Shown here one piece after another: positions 52,865-63,396 of a DNA stretch of 64,000 bases. Source of the DNA: Lytechinus pictus (lineage: Eukaryota); the NCBI RefSeq assembly GCF_037042905.1, contig NC_087245.1, forward strand, positions 15,192,001-15,256,000. Direction: 5' to 3'. Numbering within the stretch: position 1 is the first letter of the stretch; each line of letters opens with the position of its first letter. The notes below the pieces were generated by a model that did not search any database, had not been told where the DNA came from, and saw only the letters and a program-made list of their open reading frames with translations. The translations under genes and the position numbers were made by a program.

Positions 52865-55800
52865 TGATTACATATTGTACTCTTAGTATGTATGTATGTA
52901 TTTTCTTCTTCTTCTTCTTCTCCTTCTTCTTCTTCTTATTATTATTATTATCATCATTATTAATATTATTATTATCATTGTTATTATCATTGTTATTATT
53001 GTGATTATTATCATCATTAATATCATTTTTATAATGGTAATATGTACAATATTTTATTTTGTATAATAAATTGATTGAGCCTGTCAAAGTTTCATTTGTC
53101 AATTTGTCTATTATTACAGCTACTCCAACTGTACCCACTACACCCGTTATTACTACACCTCCTGAGACTACAACTGGTAAGTTGTCCTTGCATTGTTACC
53201 TTGGCAACGTAACCCTAAACCATTGTCTACTGAATCCTGTCATTCCCATAGGTTTTGTATAAATGAATCACCCATTTTTATGAGGCAATGGTGTGGTGTC
53301 TTTGCTGCCTACTTCATTAATTATATTGGATGTGTTGATACAAGTTTAATGTGTTTGAATGCATGTTACTATTTCATTGAACATCAAGATCTGTTGATTA
53401 AAGTGTTGGACAAATCTGTATGATGTTGTTAGTTTGTCTATGCAATATTTTCAAGACTTTATTTTCCTCACTTGTTATTAGAAGTTTGACGTCCATAGAC
53501 ATCTGTGTCAGCATTTCATGCATTTATCATTGCTACATGTACATATATTGCATATGACACGTGTGTTTGTGTCATACACATAATAAATATTCCAAATCAT
53601 TCTGTTGTCCATTATATATGTGATGAATGTGTTTGAATAATACCTGATAATCTTGTATAATGAATGATGTTTATTTTTTTGTAGCCCTTTCATATGGTTC
53701 TCTTTTCTATCTTGATGAATCTGTTGAATCAAATTATAATGTATTATGATTTACATAAAACTCACCAATTTGATTTAAATAACACTACTAATCCATTATC
53801 TTTGCTTACCATTCTCATGATATTGCCAGAAAGCATTAAAAAAAAATGATTGAAGTTTGAGAAGCCCTTATAACTCTATTATATATGTACCATATGGGTC
53901 TTATGGGTGAACGATGTAATGGTGTATCTGCAATCGTTCCTCTACCCTTGTGCGCGTACGTACGAGTATCGTCGTAACCAATCAGCCAAGTCGGATGATA
54001 CAATACATTTGCCATACTCATTGTTCATACATGGTGTTTCATCTCACGACCATGATGTCATAGTCTTCAACCAATGACGTCTCTTTATATCATATCAGGT
54101 AACATTATTTCATGTTCATTTTCAATTTTGCATTTCGTTATGTATTCAGATATTACATGTTGGTCACAGTCTATCATTGTTGTGAAGAGTTTACTCCATA
54201 TCAGCATGCATTTCCTCATATGCCCTCCTGAAAATATGAATATATTTTGTTTCAAATTTAGCTTGAATGTACACATATTTATCCTTGTGAAGTATATCTG
54301 GTATATTTTGTAGTTATTTGAATATAGATCTAGATTTATGATATCATGAATCCCTCCAAACTGATTTTCAAATAAATAATAAATGTTTGGAAATTAAAAT
54401 TGAATTATTTTTTAGTAAATTTGCATTTGTTATATAACATTGCATTAAGGTTCATAAGTTAGTATTCATTGTCCAAATAAATAATTAGAGTAAAGCAGAC
54501 TTAAGCAGACCAAATTAGACTAAAGCAATTGAAATAGATATATGAATTTTTACTTCCCCCGCTTTTATGGGAGGATTATATTGGATTGTTGTCCATGATA
54601 TTACATATTATCAGTGTGTAATATTTTGTTTTCAGTTGTGATATAGAGTCAAAATGATAATGCTTCAAACATTATCCACAGGAATTGCTTGTAAAGACCA
54701 TGTAGGCCCAGAGACCCATTTAAGAATAAAGTATGTATCTAGTACATATCTTTTACATTGTATTTTAATTTCCTTTTTTATCTCAAACTCTTCTCCTGTC
54801 CTATTTGGATGAAATTTCATGATGCCAGGTAGTGCTCTGGATTTATTGTGCATTAGTGACTTTGGCATGTTAGTTCATTATAATCATAGTTCCAAACCTC
54901 TTGGCCAACAGGCGAGTGTGACACAGTTGAAGTATGCGAGTGGACATCATGGTGCGATGATGAGGCTCAAACTGGGGACAAAATAACGGGTGGAGACGGT
55001 GGTGAATACGAGCTTATTGAGACCTGCCGAGAACTCAACCATGATGTCTGCAAAGCTCCAATTGATATCGAGTGTGAGACTGCCTTTCCTCCTTATTATA
55101 GCGCCCAAGAGCTGGGTCAATCACTGACCTGCGATAAGGATACTGGTCTGGAGTGTTTATTTTCTGAGGAGCAACCTCTGTGTTTTGATTACAGAATAAG
55201 GTCAGTCTCTATCCCATAACCAAATGGAAGGCTTTATTTTTCTCATGAATTAAACCCATTTGCATATTTTTTTTTCAGTAAATAAAATAGTACAATGTTC
55301 ATTCAATATTGTTTCATCACTCTCTTTGATCTGATCAGTAAATAAAAAAATAGTACAATGTGTGTATTCGATATTGCTTCATCACTATCTTTGATCTGAT
55401 AGGAATTATTCATCAATGACAATAAAACTATACTGATACCTTTTCATCCATCTCTTATGGATCCTTGTGATTCTTAGATTTCTCTGTTGCCACAATGTTG
55501 TCAGTGATCCCAACTGCCTTACGACATCTTCAACAGCTCCACCTACCACACATGAAACAACTACCACATCTACCAAGCCAACTGAAACTGTACCTACAAC
55601 ATCCACCACCAAGACAATCAGGACTACAAATTCAGGTAACGTCTTGATTATCAAGTTTGTTCATTCATCCAGCAATAAAATTGGACATGTTATCCACAAG
55701 GTCTGTTTTAAAACTAGAAGAGAAACATATTACATCAACTGCAAAGTGTTGATGACAGCAAAAAATTGTCAAATAGGTTTAATCCAACAAATCCTATTGG

Positions 55801-57717
55801 TTAACTACAATTTCAATGCTTTGCAGCTTTGTTGCGTAATTTTGGCAATCTTGTGAATAATTTGCCATGAGAACCGAAATGAATGCTTGGTTCTCAAGAG
55901 GCAACAGCATCTGGTTCCTTGCATGTGTTTAGATTTAAGAGGTCAAGTAGATGAATTACCACATCTTTTATTCATTTATTTATTTGAACAATATTTCAAT
56001 AGGGTGCCCTTTCAGCAAAAGCTGGTATCAAAAGGGGCCCTAAAAGCATAAAAACAAAACAAGTATATACAAATGATGAAAATATACAAAGTAAATATGT
56101 TATATATATATATATACTTTAATATTAGAATTTAAAAAAAGGCATAAAAAGTTGGAATCATTAAAAAAAGTTGGGACCCAAGAACCATTAATAGTTTAAC
56201 ATTTGCCGGACATAATATATGATTTGAGTTTTTTTTTTAACTAGAGAGGGTGGTTAAGGTTATCAAATGAAGGGGTAAGGAATTAAACATTGATATTGAG
56301 GAGATATCATGTTTATAACACTTGTACCTAGTCTTACAAAATAGTGTATATTCAATCAGAATAACTACTGTAAGGGGGTGGGGGTGGCTATCACAAACAT
56401 TTAAATGTGACTGTAATTGCCATTAAAATCATATTCATGTATTACTGAGAGTACACAGTGGGTGTGCGGTATTGCATAGTCTTAACTCCGGTTTGCCATT
56501 TTGTGTGTTTTGGCATTTAAGCATGACTTTAAGTCAGACTTAACTCTTTTGTGAAACAGGTCCCAAGTTTTAAGTTTGGTTTTCATCTGTCTCTTATCCT
56601 CTCTTACAGGTGTGAAAAACCCAACACTGCCGGCAGTCACATACCCTACCCATAGCTCGTGCGGGACGGTACAGGGGAAAGCACCTGCCATCATATCATA
56701 TAATAACTGTACTTCTCCAGACCCTATCTATCTCAATGAATGTCAAGGAAAGTGCTCTTCATCCCATTCGTTTACTCAGGTTAGTGCAATCATTTTTCAT
56801 TATAGACTTTGCAAAATGATGTGTTGTTCAAGGCTCTGTACTAAGAGTTGCACTTGATCCGATCAACCACAACTATGAGCAGCCAGCAACTTCAACGTCT
56901 AAAGTGCAAGTTTGTTAAAAATATTTTCTAGCTAAGATGTATATTGAATTTCATACATTCATTGTTCTCTTGAAAATTCATTTTGGTTCTCTTTGTTTAC
57001 TATTAAGGACATTGTGCAAATACCCTGTAGAAATTATTATGGTACATGGGTAGATTTCCATACATTTGAGATCGTTTGGATCAGTTGTAACTATTTGTAA
57101 GAGAGGGCCCAGGTATTGGACATTCTTGTCCTATCAGTAGAGTTTTTGTTATTTTTATTTGGGTTTGACAATTTTGCAGAAACAAGTTGAATATGGTATT
57201 TTGCAAGGTGATATGGCTACGTAACATAGTAAAGATCATTCCAATGTTACTGGAAATTTTAGCTTTTCTCAGGCAATTTTGTTTTCTTTCCTTTTGCAAT
57301 ATTCTATTATTGTTTATCAAAGTGCCTATCATAATCATTGATTCAGATATTATCAGAATAATCATTACAATTCCTTTTAACCATCCATATTTTAATTTTT
57401 TTTAATTTGGATATATTGAGATATGATGAAAAGCTTCCTCAGTAATTTACCTGACTGAAAAATTTGCTTATTGTAAGTGACTTAACGTAAGATAATGCCT
57501 TTGATGTCTGTACATGCTTCACACAATATCTCAATTTGCTGTCTATAATTGTTTTCAGATCATAGATGGCCAGATGATAATGGATCAGTACTGTTCATGC
57601 TGTAGACCGGAGAGTATTATTGAAGATGTCGTTGAGCTTGAATGCCCTGATGGAACAACAACATTGATCAATGTTCCCTTTATTCAATCTTGCATATGTA
57701 ATGAAGTAGAATGCTAG
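6163..57717 (+). CDS. Gel-forming mucin-like gene (MUC2/MUC5/VWF family), 32 predicted coding exons, about 2640 aa
   Basis: Hand-spliced GT-AG exons join in frame (summed length 7926 nt including stop). Four VWD domains with C8 and TIL units, PTS repeats, a WxxW CysD and an 11-Cys cystine knot. Confidence 0.92.
9885..10090. repeat. Palindromic MITE-like segment
   Basis: ttacccaatattgggtaaaa and gcatgcatg mirrored at both ends. Confidence 0.65.
10793..10848 (+). CDS. Mucin exon 2
   Basis: ttcattttccag acceptor, gtaagt donor; (R)[18 protein letters not shown]; phase 2 to 1 fits both neighbours. Confidence 0.75.
12634..12782. mobile_element. 149-bp MITE with TAG...CTA termini and 9-bp TSD
   Basis: 21-bp perfect TIR tagcctcttgtcgaggccctg; TSD ccttgctac on both sides. 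Confidence 0.9.
13159..13257 (+). CDS. Mucin exon 3: N-terminal linker with RRAAR
   Basis: ctacag acceptor, gtaagt donor; [33 protein letters not shown]. Confidence 0.75.
14395..14584 (+). CDS. Mucin exon 4: VWD1 start
   Basis: [33 protein letters not shown], a typical VWD N-terminus; absent from the ORF track. Confidence 0.92.
14887..15168. mobile_element. hAT-like MITE remnant
   Basis: Ends cagtggtgta ... tacgccagtg with an internal poly-G tract; no intact TSD. Confidence 0.45.
17005..17354 (+). CDS. Mucin exon 5: VWD1 C-terminal half
   Basis: [18 protein letters not shown]...FGLSWK; ccag acceptor, gtaagg donor. Confidence 0.92.
17883..18031 (+). CDS. Mucin exon 6: D1 linker and C8 start
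   Basis: DPAYCPDV...[15 protein letters not shown]; gtcagt donor. Confidence 0.88.
18351..18528 (+). CDS. Mucin exon 7: C8-1
   Basis: [18 protein letters not shown]...[17 protein letters not shown]...WRSLDFC. Confidence 0.92.
18966..19212 (+). CDS. Mucin exon 8: TIL1 and E1
   Basis: [19 protein letters not shown]...[10 protein letters not shown]...[13 protein letters not shown]. Confidence 0.92.
19364..20439. mobile_element. Non-autonomous Tc1/mariner (pogo/Tc2-like) element
   Basis: TIR ccgtacgtaacggactataaaccgcacc versus ggtgcggttaatagaccgttacttacgg; TA on both sides. Confidence 0.85.
20957..21003 (+). CDS. Mucin exon 9: end of E1 module
   Basis: 47-nt exon (C)[15 protein letters not shown]; ttgcag acceptor, gt donor; phase 2 to 1. 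Confidence 0.88.
21701..22014 (+). CDS. Mucin exon 10: VWD2
   Basis: [33 protein letters not shown]; gtgagt donor. Confidence 0.92.
22454..22598 (+). CDS. Mucin exon 11: VWD2
   Basis: NGLTILFDG...[18 protein letters not shown]. Confidence 0.92.
23198..23362 (+). CDS. Mucin exon 12: end of VWD2 and C8-2 start
   Basis: [13 protein letters not shown]...DPCDLY...ECNRL. Confidence 0.9.
23937..24104 (+). CDS. Mucin exon 13: C8-2
   Basis: [21 protein letters not shown]...[23 protein letters not shown]. Confidence 0.92.
24628..24871 (+). CDS. Mucin exon 14: TIL2 and E2
   Basis: [22 protein letters not shown]...[10 protein letters not shown]. Confidence 0.92.
25288..25575 (+). CDS. Mucin exon 15: D' (TIL' and E')
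   Basis: [20 protein letters not shown]...CFGGCEC...CPCHHGG. Confidence 0.92.
26356..26402 (+). CDS. Mucin exon 16: end of E'
   Basis: 47-nt exon (C)[15 protein letters not shown]; same size and phase as exon 9. Confidence 0.88.
27200..27400 (+). CDS. Mucin exon 17: VWD3 start with GDPH
   Basis: [30 protein letters not shown]...[14 protein letters not shown]. Confidence 0.93.
28349..28533 (+). CDS. Mucin exon 18: VWD3 middle
   Basis: [22 protein letters not shown]. Confidence 0.9.
29702..29809 (+). CDS. Mucin exon 19: VWD3 end
   Basis: [22 protein letters not shown]...DFGNSWK; phase 0 at both ends. Confidence 0.92.
29880..30300 (+). repeat. Degenerate (GGTAA)n microsatellite in intron 19
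   Basis: Many ggtaa and aggtaag units. Confidence 0.9.
30891..31176 (+). CDS. Mucin exon 20: C8-3
   Basis: [17 protein letters not shown]...[26 protein letters not shown]...WRSNEFC, the characteristic D3 motif. Confidence 0.95.
31640..32690. repeat. Left subterminal ACCATT/ACACC minisatellite
   Basis: Degenerate caccattcaccatac units that switch to the AATGGT orientation near 32560. Confidence 0.9.
33540..34108. mobile_element. TIR element nested in the large insertion
   Basis: ggcgtgtttctacatagaatcgttaaaa is an imperfect inverted repeat of ttttaatgattttctgtagaaacatgcc. Confidence 0.6.
35163..35312 (+). mobile_element. tRNA-derived SINE
   Basis: A-box-like gtagtctagtgg and B-box-like ggtttgaatcc, followed by non-tRNA body sequence. 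Confidence 0.7.
36489..36912. mobile_element. Foldback PIF/Harbinger-like MITE
   Basis: ggcccgaattca...tgaattcgggcc, with nearly the whole element self-complementary; 3-bp TSD aat. Confidence 0.9.
36998..37411. mobile_element. Harbinger-like MITE
   Basis: TIR taccgtgtttacacttaatcggcttt versus aaagccgatcaagtgtaaacacggta; internal gccgattctgcatcggc repeats. Confidence 0.8.
40941..41155. mobile_element. MITE
   Basis: gggacattgcaagaaa versus tttcttgcaacacccc. Confidence 0.65.
41830..42800. repeat. Right subterminal tandem repeats (about 87-95 bp units, plus a roughly 94-bp duplication)
   Basis: actgagacaccattg...tggtataccattca...gaggcacatact repeated about 7 times. Confidence 0.9.
43448..43876 (+). 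CDS. Mucin exon 21: TIL3 plus short PTS
   Basis: [13 protein letters not shown]...[10 protein letters not shown]...[11 protein letters not shown]...; phase 1 at both ends. Confidence 0.92.
45892..46130 (+). CDS. Mucin exon 22: VWD4 start with GDPH
   Basis: [32 protein letters not shown]. Confidence 0.92.
46360..46561 (+). CDS. Mucin exon 23: VWD4
   Basis: SHMVSVND...[18 protein letters not shown]. Confidence 0.9.
47136..47459 (+). CDS. Mucin exon 24: C8-4
   Basis: [22 protein letters not shown]...[26 protein letters not shown]. Confidence 0.92.
48431..48604 (+). CDS. Mucin exon 25: TIL4
   Basis: [12 protein letters not shown]...[10 protein letters not shown]...CVPC. Confidence 0.9.
49061..51073 (+). 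CDS. Mucin exon 26: large Thr/Ser/Glu-rich PTS exon
   Basis: tttctttag acceptor; 2013-nt open frame. The donor CAG|gtacca is weak, so the 3' boundary is uncertain. Confidence 0.88.
49237..50360 (+). repeat. Coding tandem repeat, 126 bp (42 aa), about 9 copies
   Basis: Unit TTNPTTT(IAS/MEL)[25 protein letters not shown](A/T)TTENVS; aatcctacaaca recurs every 126 bp. Confidence 0.95.
51327..51480. mobile_element. Palindromic MITE
   Basis: cctgggacccgtttgcat versus atgcaatggggcccagg; internal ggtaaccttgccatccaat versus attggatggcaaagttacc. Confidence 0.7.
51949..52113 (+). CDS. Candidate mucin exon 27 (Thr-rich, ends [11 protein letters not shown])
   Basis: 165-nt open exon with phase 1 at both ends, cccaag acceptor, gtgaat donor; more GC-rich than its flanks. 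Confidence 0.6.
52808..53025. repeat. Compound microsatellite (TA)n, (CTT)n, (ATT/ATC)n
   Basis: Directly visible in the sequence. Confidence 0.95.
53120..53176 (+). CDS. Mucin exon 28: mini PTS
   Basis: [18 protein letters not shown]; ttacag acceptor, gtaagt donor. Confidence 0.8.
54912..55200 (+). CDS. Mucin exon 29: CysD (WxxW) domain
   Basis: CEWTSWCDD...[10 protein letters not shown]...[11 protein letters not shown]...[15 protein letters not shown]...CFDYRIR; absent from the ORF track. Confidence 0.92.
55478..55635 (+). CDS. Mucin exon 30: CysD end (RFLCC) plus PTS
   Basis: Completes the CysD YxIRxxCC motif; donor TCAG|gtaac, phase 1. Confidence 0.9.
56610..56779 (+). CDS. Mucin exon 31: cystine knot N-terminal half
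   Basis: SCGTV...[20 protein letters not shown]. Confidence 0.9.
57559..57717 (+). CDS. Mucin exon 32: cystine knot C-terminal half and stop
   Basis: YCSCCRP...LECPDG...[11 protein letters not shown] followed by TAG. Confidence 0.92.
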   Translation: MIDGQMIMDQYCSCCRPESIIEDVVELECPDGTTTLINVPFIQSCICNEVEC

Positions 57718-58325
57718 AGCTACATACATGTAGTGTAGCCTCCTCTACAGTAGGCACAAATGGATTGTAAAGACTCAAACAATAAGTACATGGATAGTTG
57801 AATGTCGTGTTGCCTGACCTATTGCCATGTTTGGATTCTTCCATTGAGGTCAAAAGGTCAAGATTTTGTTCTAACTGCTCTCATTCTTTTATTTCTGAAT
57901 CAATTATGTTCATACTTGGTACATAATATGATCCTTGGGTTATACCACATGTGTGTTTATGAGGATGATGGGGCTACAGGTCATCTAGGGGCCATAAGGT
58001 CAAATGATATGAGTTTATGTTCATCCTGTTTCATTTTTTTGTTCAACTTGCTCTCATTTAAATTGTGTTTATGCTTGGTACAAATAATCTTTGGGTAATA
58101 CCACTCGAGGACAATAAGGTCAGAGGTCATCTAGGCGTCAAAAGATCATATTGCATATGTTATTAATTGCGAAATCAGGTGAAACTCGTGGTTCGTGATT
58201 TACCTTGTCTATCAGAGCAGCTGTTATGCCTGCACTGCATTGCATAAAGAAAAATTTTCTTACATTGTAAGATTTGTTTCTGGAAATACCCTTTGTAATC
58301 CCTCTTAGATTCAAATGCAAATGAA

Positions 58326-58365
<40 letters not shown>

Positions 58366-58699
58366 AATAGTGGTAGTAAAATGCAAACTGCGATTGGCTA
58401 AATTGGTACCATGTGACCTCCCTTCAAAAAGTAAAGTTATATTGTACATATATCTTTTGATTTTTGGAGGGTAAAGCCCGTGTTAAATGAATGGGGGGAA
58501 TAATGGCAATGCGCATTTAGCCAAGAAGCCCTGCTCGTCAGCATTTACTAAACGCGTACAATGTGTTGAATCTTAATTTTTATAGTGACGTCACCTTTTC
58601 CTGACCCGTGCTATGGTGGTATGTGTGCAACGGTACAAATAATTGACGTTCAGCCTCCCATTTGCTCACGTAGAAGGTGTTGTACAATTTACTTTGATA

Positions 58700-58888
58700 A
58701 ATAGTGAATGCTCTATTATACAATACATGTATTACTGGACAATATGAACTCCAAATATAAAATTATACCTCGTGCAGGTCTATTTCACCTCGGCCTTCGG
58801 CCTCTGTGAAATAGGCCTGCACTCTGAATAATTGTATATTTGTTGTACATATAATCCAGTATATTGTACAATAGATTGTACACTATTT
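58700..58888. repeat. Long imperfect palindrome in the putative 3' UTR
   Basis: Arms tgcaggtctatttcac and gtgaaataggcctgca surround cggccttcggcc; outer arms also pair. Confidence 0.7.
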
Positions 58889-58890
58889 TG

Positions 58891-58926
<36 letters not shown>

Positions 58927-59028
58927 TATATTATATCAATAGGGCTATGATTATTTGTGTGTAGATGACTGATGTTTTTTTTAATACTTTCACTCTGAAT
59001 TTTTCATTTTCCTTCACAAGAGACAGTA

Positions 59029-59034
59029 AATAAA
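59029..59034 (+). terminator. Candidate polyadenylation signal
   Basis: AATAAA followed by a T/GT-rich tract, about 1.3 kb after the stop codon. Confidence 0.35.
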
Positions 59035-60137
59035 ATCTTATTTTCTTATCTTGTGTTGTATTTTAGTCTTATCTTCAAGAAGGTCTTTAAAATAATCCCA
59101 AAATTCATTGCAGTGATCATAGTTCTTGAATCAAAATATGCATCACAGTTCATGGTCATGAAAATCTGAACTAGTCAATAATTTTGTTTTTGGTTCCTTC
59201 AAAGCACAGGACAAGTGTATTGGAAGACCTTTGGAAAGTCCAGACTATAAAGCTGACAAAATGTCAGTAGCTTTAATCATTGGTATAATTTGTTTAAATT
59301 ATTTGACTGATCATTACCATGGTAACTAATTATACATTTATACAGTAAGAATTACATGTAGGTCCTACATGGACATACCATACATGTCCATATGTTTGTG
59401 TGTTTTTGTTGTTGCTTGTTTTAGTAAAAATTGGACTGGATTTAATCAACATACAATTTATAAATCATAAAATTATCAAAGTAACATAAATTTTATCTAC
59501 ATTGATACAAATGTCTAAAAGCCTATGTGTTCTTGAACGTTTATAAAATATGCCACCTGCCAGCAGGTATGGTCAGTGGTTAATATGTTTAAACATGCTG
59601 GGAAAACAAATTGACGCTGGTGAAAATAGATGATTCTTTAGAACAACTTTTCAGTGAAAATAGATATCTGTTATTTAAAATGTATTGAAATATATCGCAA
59701 TGATTTTTTTTGTAATTACATGTTTATTCATCCATTTATGGCATGATGATTTTGTGTTCTTGTAAATTTTTTGTTCAGAGAGAAGAATGTAAACCACTTT
59801 CATATTACACTATGGTAATAGTATTTTACATGTCAATTAAAATGAAATGTATCCCAAAGTTTTTAGAATGTTGTTTGATTCAGAATTGTACCGTGTGATT
59901 TATTCATGAATCAATTGCAATATGATCCAAAGTGATACAATGTATAATACTGAGAACAAGATAAAAAAAAAAAGGAGAAGGGGTGTGTGTGAATATGTGT
60001 GTGGAGAGAGAGAGAAGAAGAGAGAAAGCTGATACATAAGCTGATAAATAGGCATAAGCTGATATATTTTGTTAAGGTGAAACCTAGCTTTTTAAAACAT
60101 GATAATACTCTAATGCAAAACTCGTTTCATCCTGCAG

Positions 60138-60485
60138 AGTGTGTTGAAAAAGACACTTGGCATTGTACCTGGACAATATGGTTTAATATTCATTCAACGC
60201 AAATGCAATCTGAGAGTGCTCCAGCGGAGGAAGTTGAACTTCTTGCAGACGCCCGGCACAACCCTGACTTCCCCGAAGATTGCTCAGAGCCGCAGGATAT
60301 TCAGTGCAGGACTGTAGACACACATGAGTTGTGGAATGAAACTGCTGATGCTGCTACCGTTGACGTTAGTACAGGTCTTCGCTGTATTAATATACCTGGT
60401 ACGCCACATTGTCTCGACTATGAATGTTCCTATTTGTGCTGCATTCGGGAAGTTGTCACTTGCTCAACACCCTCGACCACAAAAG
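60138..60485 (+). CDS. Downstream CysD exon, copy A
   Basis: cctgcag acceptor, gtaggc donor, phase 1 at both ends; CTWTIWFN...CSEPQDIQCRT...GLRC...CLDYECSYLCC. Confidence 0.88.
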
Positions 60486-61325
60486 GTAGGCACATCAAAT
60501 ATTTTCACTAATTCCTGGCCGTGTGACCACTATCACTGTACATATGCATTTTAAATGTGTTGTTAGTAAAAAAAAGACGGCAATGTTCATCTTATTCTTG
60601 AAGCTTATGTGTTGTTGTGACATGGAAGTTAGGAATAAAGATACAATTTAAAGCTCTCTTTAAGACAAATTTGATATCTGTTTTTTTGAAAATATTTTTT
60701 GAAAAGAAGGATTCTAAGAAAATGTTGCTCTTGTTGTCAATATCCATGTCAGATACATGTATAGTCCTCAAGGTTATTCAGTTTTGTTTGAATTTCATTC
60801 TCAAACAAGTTAATTGGAGAACCTGTACACAATTTCATTGAATTTACCTGTTGTAATGGAATATTTCATTAATATTATGAGTGGTGAAAATGGAATAAAA
60901 AACAAATGAAATGTCTTTTCTAAAGGAGAAATGTCAGAGGAGCATGTCTGAAAGATGGACAGGATGGGACAAACAGGATAGTTTTGAATTGTAAAGAAAA
61001 GACTGTAATCCCATACAGAGATTTCAGTTTTGTCTCACACATGTAGGTACTGTCATGGTAAGGACTTGCTCAATTAAATAAAAAATAATTTGTCAGATTT
61101 CTTTTTAAGTAAACTTTAAATTTTTCTCTTTTTTATTGGATGATTACAAACATACTATTCTGTTACCATGGTTGATTTCCTTTTAATCAGAACATCTTAA
61201 CAAAAACAAAACAAAGGATAGCCCTAATTAAGATGCAACTTATTTTCAAGCAGAATTTTGTCATGTTTTATCCATTATAATAATGTACATGTACACCTTG
61301 TTATTCTTTATATGTATGAATCTAG

Positions 61326-61798
61326 GAACAACACCTGGAACAACTCTTGAAACAACAGGAACAACAACTGGAACCACTCCAGGAACAACAACAGGCACCA
61401 CAACAGGAACAACAACTGGACCCAGCCCTTCAGAATCAACAACAGGAACAACAACTGGAACCACTCCAGGAACAACAACAGGCACCACAACAGGAACAAC
61501 AACTGGACCCGGCCCTTCAGAATCAACAACAGGCACCACAACAGGAACAACAACTGGAACCACTCCAGGAACAACAACAGGCACCACAACAGGAACAACA
61601 ACTGGACCCGGCCCTTCAGAACCAACAACAGGTACCACAACAGGAACAACAACTGGAACAACTCCAGAAACAACAACAGGTACTACAACAGGAACAACAA
61701 CAGGAACAACAACTGGAACCACTCCAGAAACAACTCCAGGCACCACAACAGGTACAACACAGGAAACAATATCTGACACCACTCCAGAATATGGATGA
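61326..61798 (+). CDS. Downstream Gly/Thr-rich PTS exon (GTTT repeats); 3' end uncertain
   Basis: tctag acceptor, phase 1. Weak ACAG|gtac donors near 61631, 61679 and 61751, or read-through to TGA at 61798. Confidence 0.75.
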
Positions 61799-63030
61799 TA
61801 TATAAATTGCAGCAGACACAGTTAGGTCAAGGTTGTGGGAAAAGGACCAACTCTTTTAAATGCTTGGTTTTTCTTTTAGGGTACAAGGGAAGGGTAAAGT
61901 GTCAGAGATGAGACCCTATCTCTCAAAATCATGGGGATGTGGTCACCCTTCCTGCCCTTCCTTTTGTGTCACCGATTTCATATCACCAGCCAGAAAGGAG
62001 ATGGACAGATGATCATCTTTGAAAAGTCAGTTCGTTGTTCCATTCTCTGCAGGATCAGAATAAGGTCATTTGAACTCAAATGGCATGGTGATTTAATATT
62101 CAATTAGATAAGCGCCAACTTTGATGCCTTGATCATTCTATTCTTTTGAATCAGACTTTCATTAGATCCACCAGAAGCAACAATGAGTCCATGAGCGATT
62201 GGTATTTAAAAGTTGGCCAAGTACATTTGAATAGCAACATGCTAATGCATTGAAAGTAGAATTGCAACAAATACCTTTATCAAGTGTCTATTGATATGTT
62301 ATTCTACTCAAAAGGTCTATTTAATTTCTGCTTGCTGTGTCAGAAATATTTCGATATTATAATCTTGCTTTGAAATTTTGTCCTTATGAAAGAAAGGAAA
62401 GGCCAATTGTATAAACTTGCCCATGAGGTTAAAAGGAACTTGTCTATTGCAGAAATGATAATTTCTAGTTTGGTAGTGAATGTTGATTCACTAATTGATA
62501 GTTTTGATTATATGGGTTGGTGTAGTAAATGGTTACCCGAGGGGAAGAAATTCCTCAAATGCTTAGGGCCTAGGCAGCCCAGCTAAAAGTGAGGTAATGA
62601 TACCATCATCATGTTTAGCAGGGCCAACTGGGAGAACATTTTTGGCAACTGAAGAGGCCACCCCTGGTCGATTTGTTGTTGATATTATTGTTATCATCAA
62701 TTATCAATATTGTGTGTTCTCATGAAGGCAGCTGAATTTCTGTAAGTATTTATTTCATTTATATACATAGATGGACTTTAGTTTTATTTACATGTATATT
62801 ACCTTTCTAGGAAATTTCTTATGTTGTTGTTGTTGTTGTTATTCTAATTGGTGTAAAATGAATTGCTTCACCAACGGTCTCTGAAAATTAACGACAATTG
62901 TCAAACTTCTACAACTACTTCTAAAACTTGCTTTTACTACTCCATTTTATTTCACTATTACCACTTAAAGTGACTTTAGTCAATTTTTTTTTCAAAATGT
63001 AATGCTAATCCATGCCCATTTGTTCTGCAG

Positions 63031-63396
63031 AATGTGTTGAAAAAGACACTTGGCATTGTACCTGGACAATATGGTTTAATATTCATTCTACGCAAATGCA
63101 ATCTGAGAGTGCTCCAGCGGAGGAAGTTGAACTTCTTGCAGACGCCCGACACAACCCTGACTTCCCCGAAGATTGCTCAGAGCCGCAGGATATTCAATGC
63201 AGGACTGTAGACACACATGTGTTGTGGAATGAAACTGCTGATGCTGCTACCGTTGACGTTAGTACAGGTCTTCGCTGTATTAACATACCTGGAACGCCAC
63301 ATTGTCTCGACTATGAATGTTCCTATTTATGCTGCATTCGGGAAGTTGTCACTTGCTCAACACCGTCAACCACTACGGGAGAAACCACCACAGAAG
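63031..63396 (+). CDS. Downstream CysD exon, copy B
   Basis: Near-identical to copy A apart from one E-to-V change in the domain and a slightly longer Thr tail; same splice sites. Confidence 0.88.

Noticed and set aside
6163..57717. Assigning MUC2, MUC5B, VWF, SSPO or OTOG as gene symbol
   Set aside because: No VWA, LDLa or TSP1 domains are seen, and orthology cannot be set without a phylogeny.
59999..60137. ORF start upstream of CysD copy A as the N-terminus of a second gene
   Set aside because: Non-ATG start in a GA repeat, no signal peptide, and the sequence is absent from copy B; it is intronic.
61261..61819. Val/Pro-, Leu-, Gln- and Cys-rich overlapping ORFs
   Set aside because: Alternative frames or strands of the GTTT repeat; only the Thr frame fits the acceptor phase and context.
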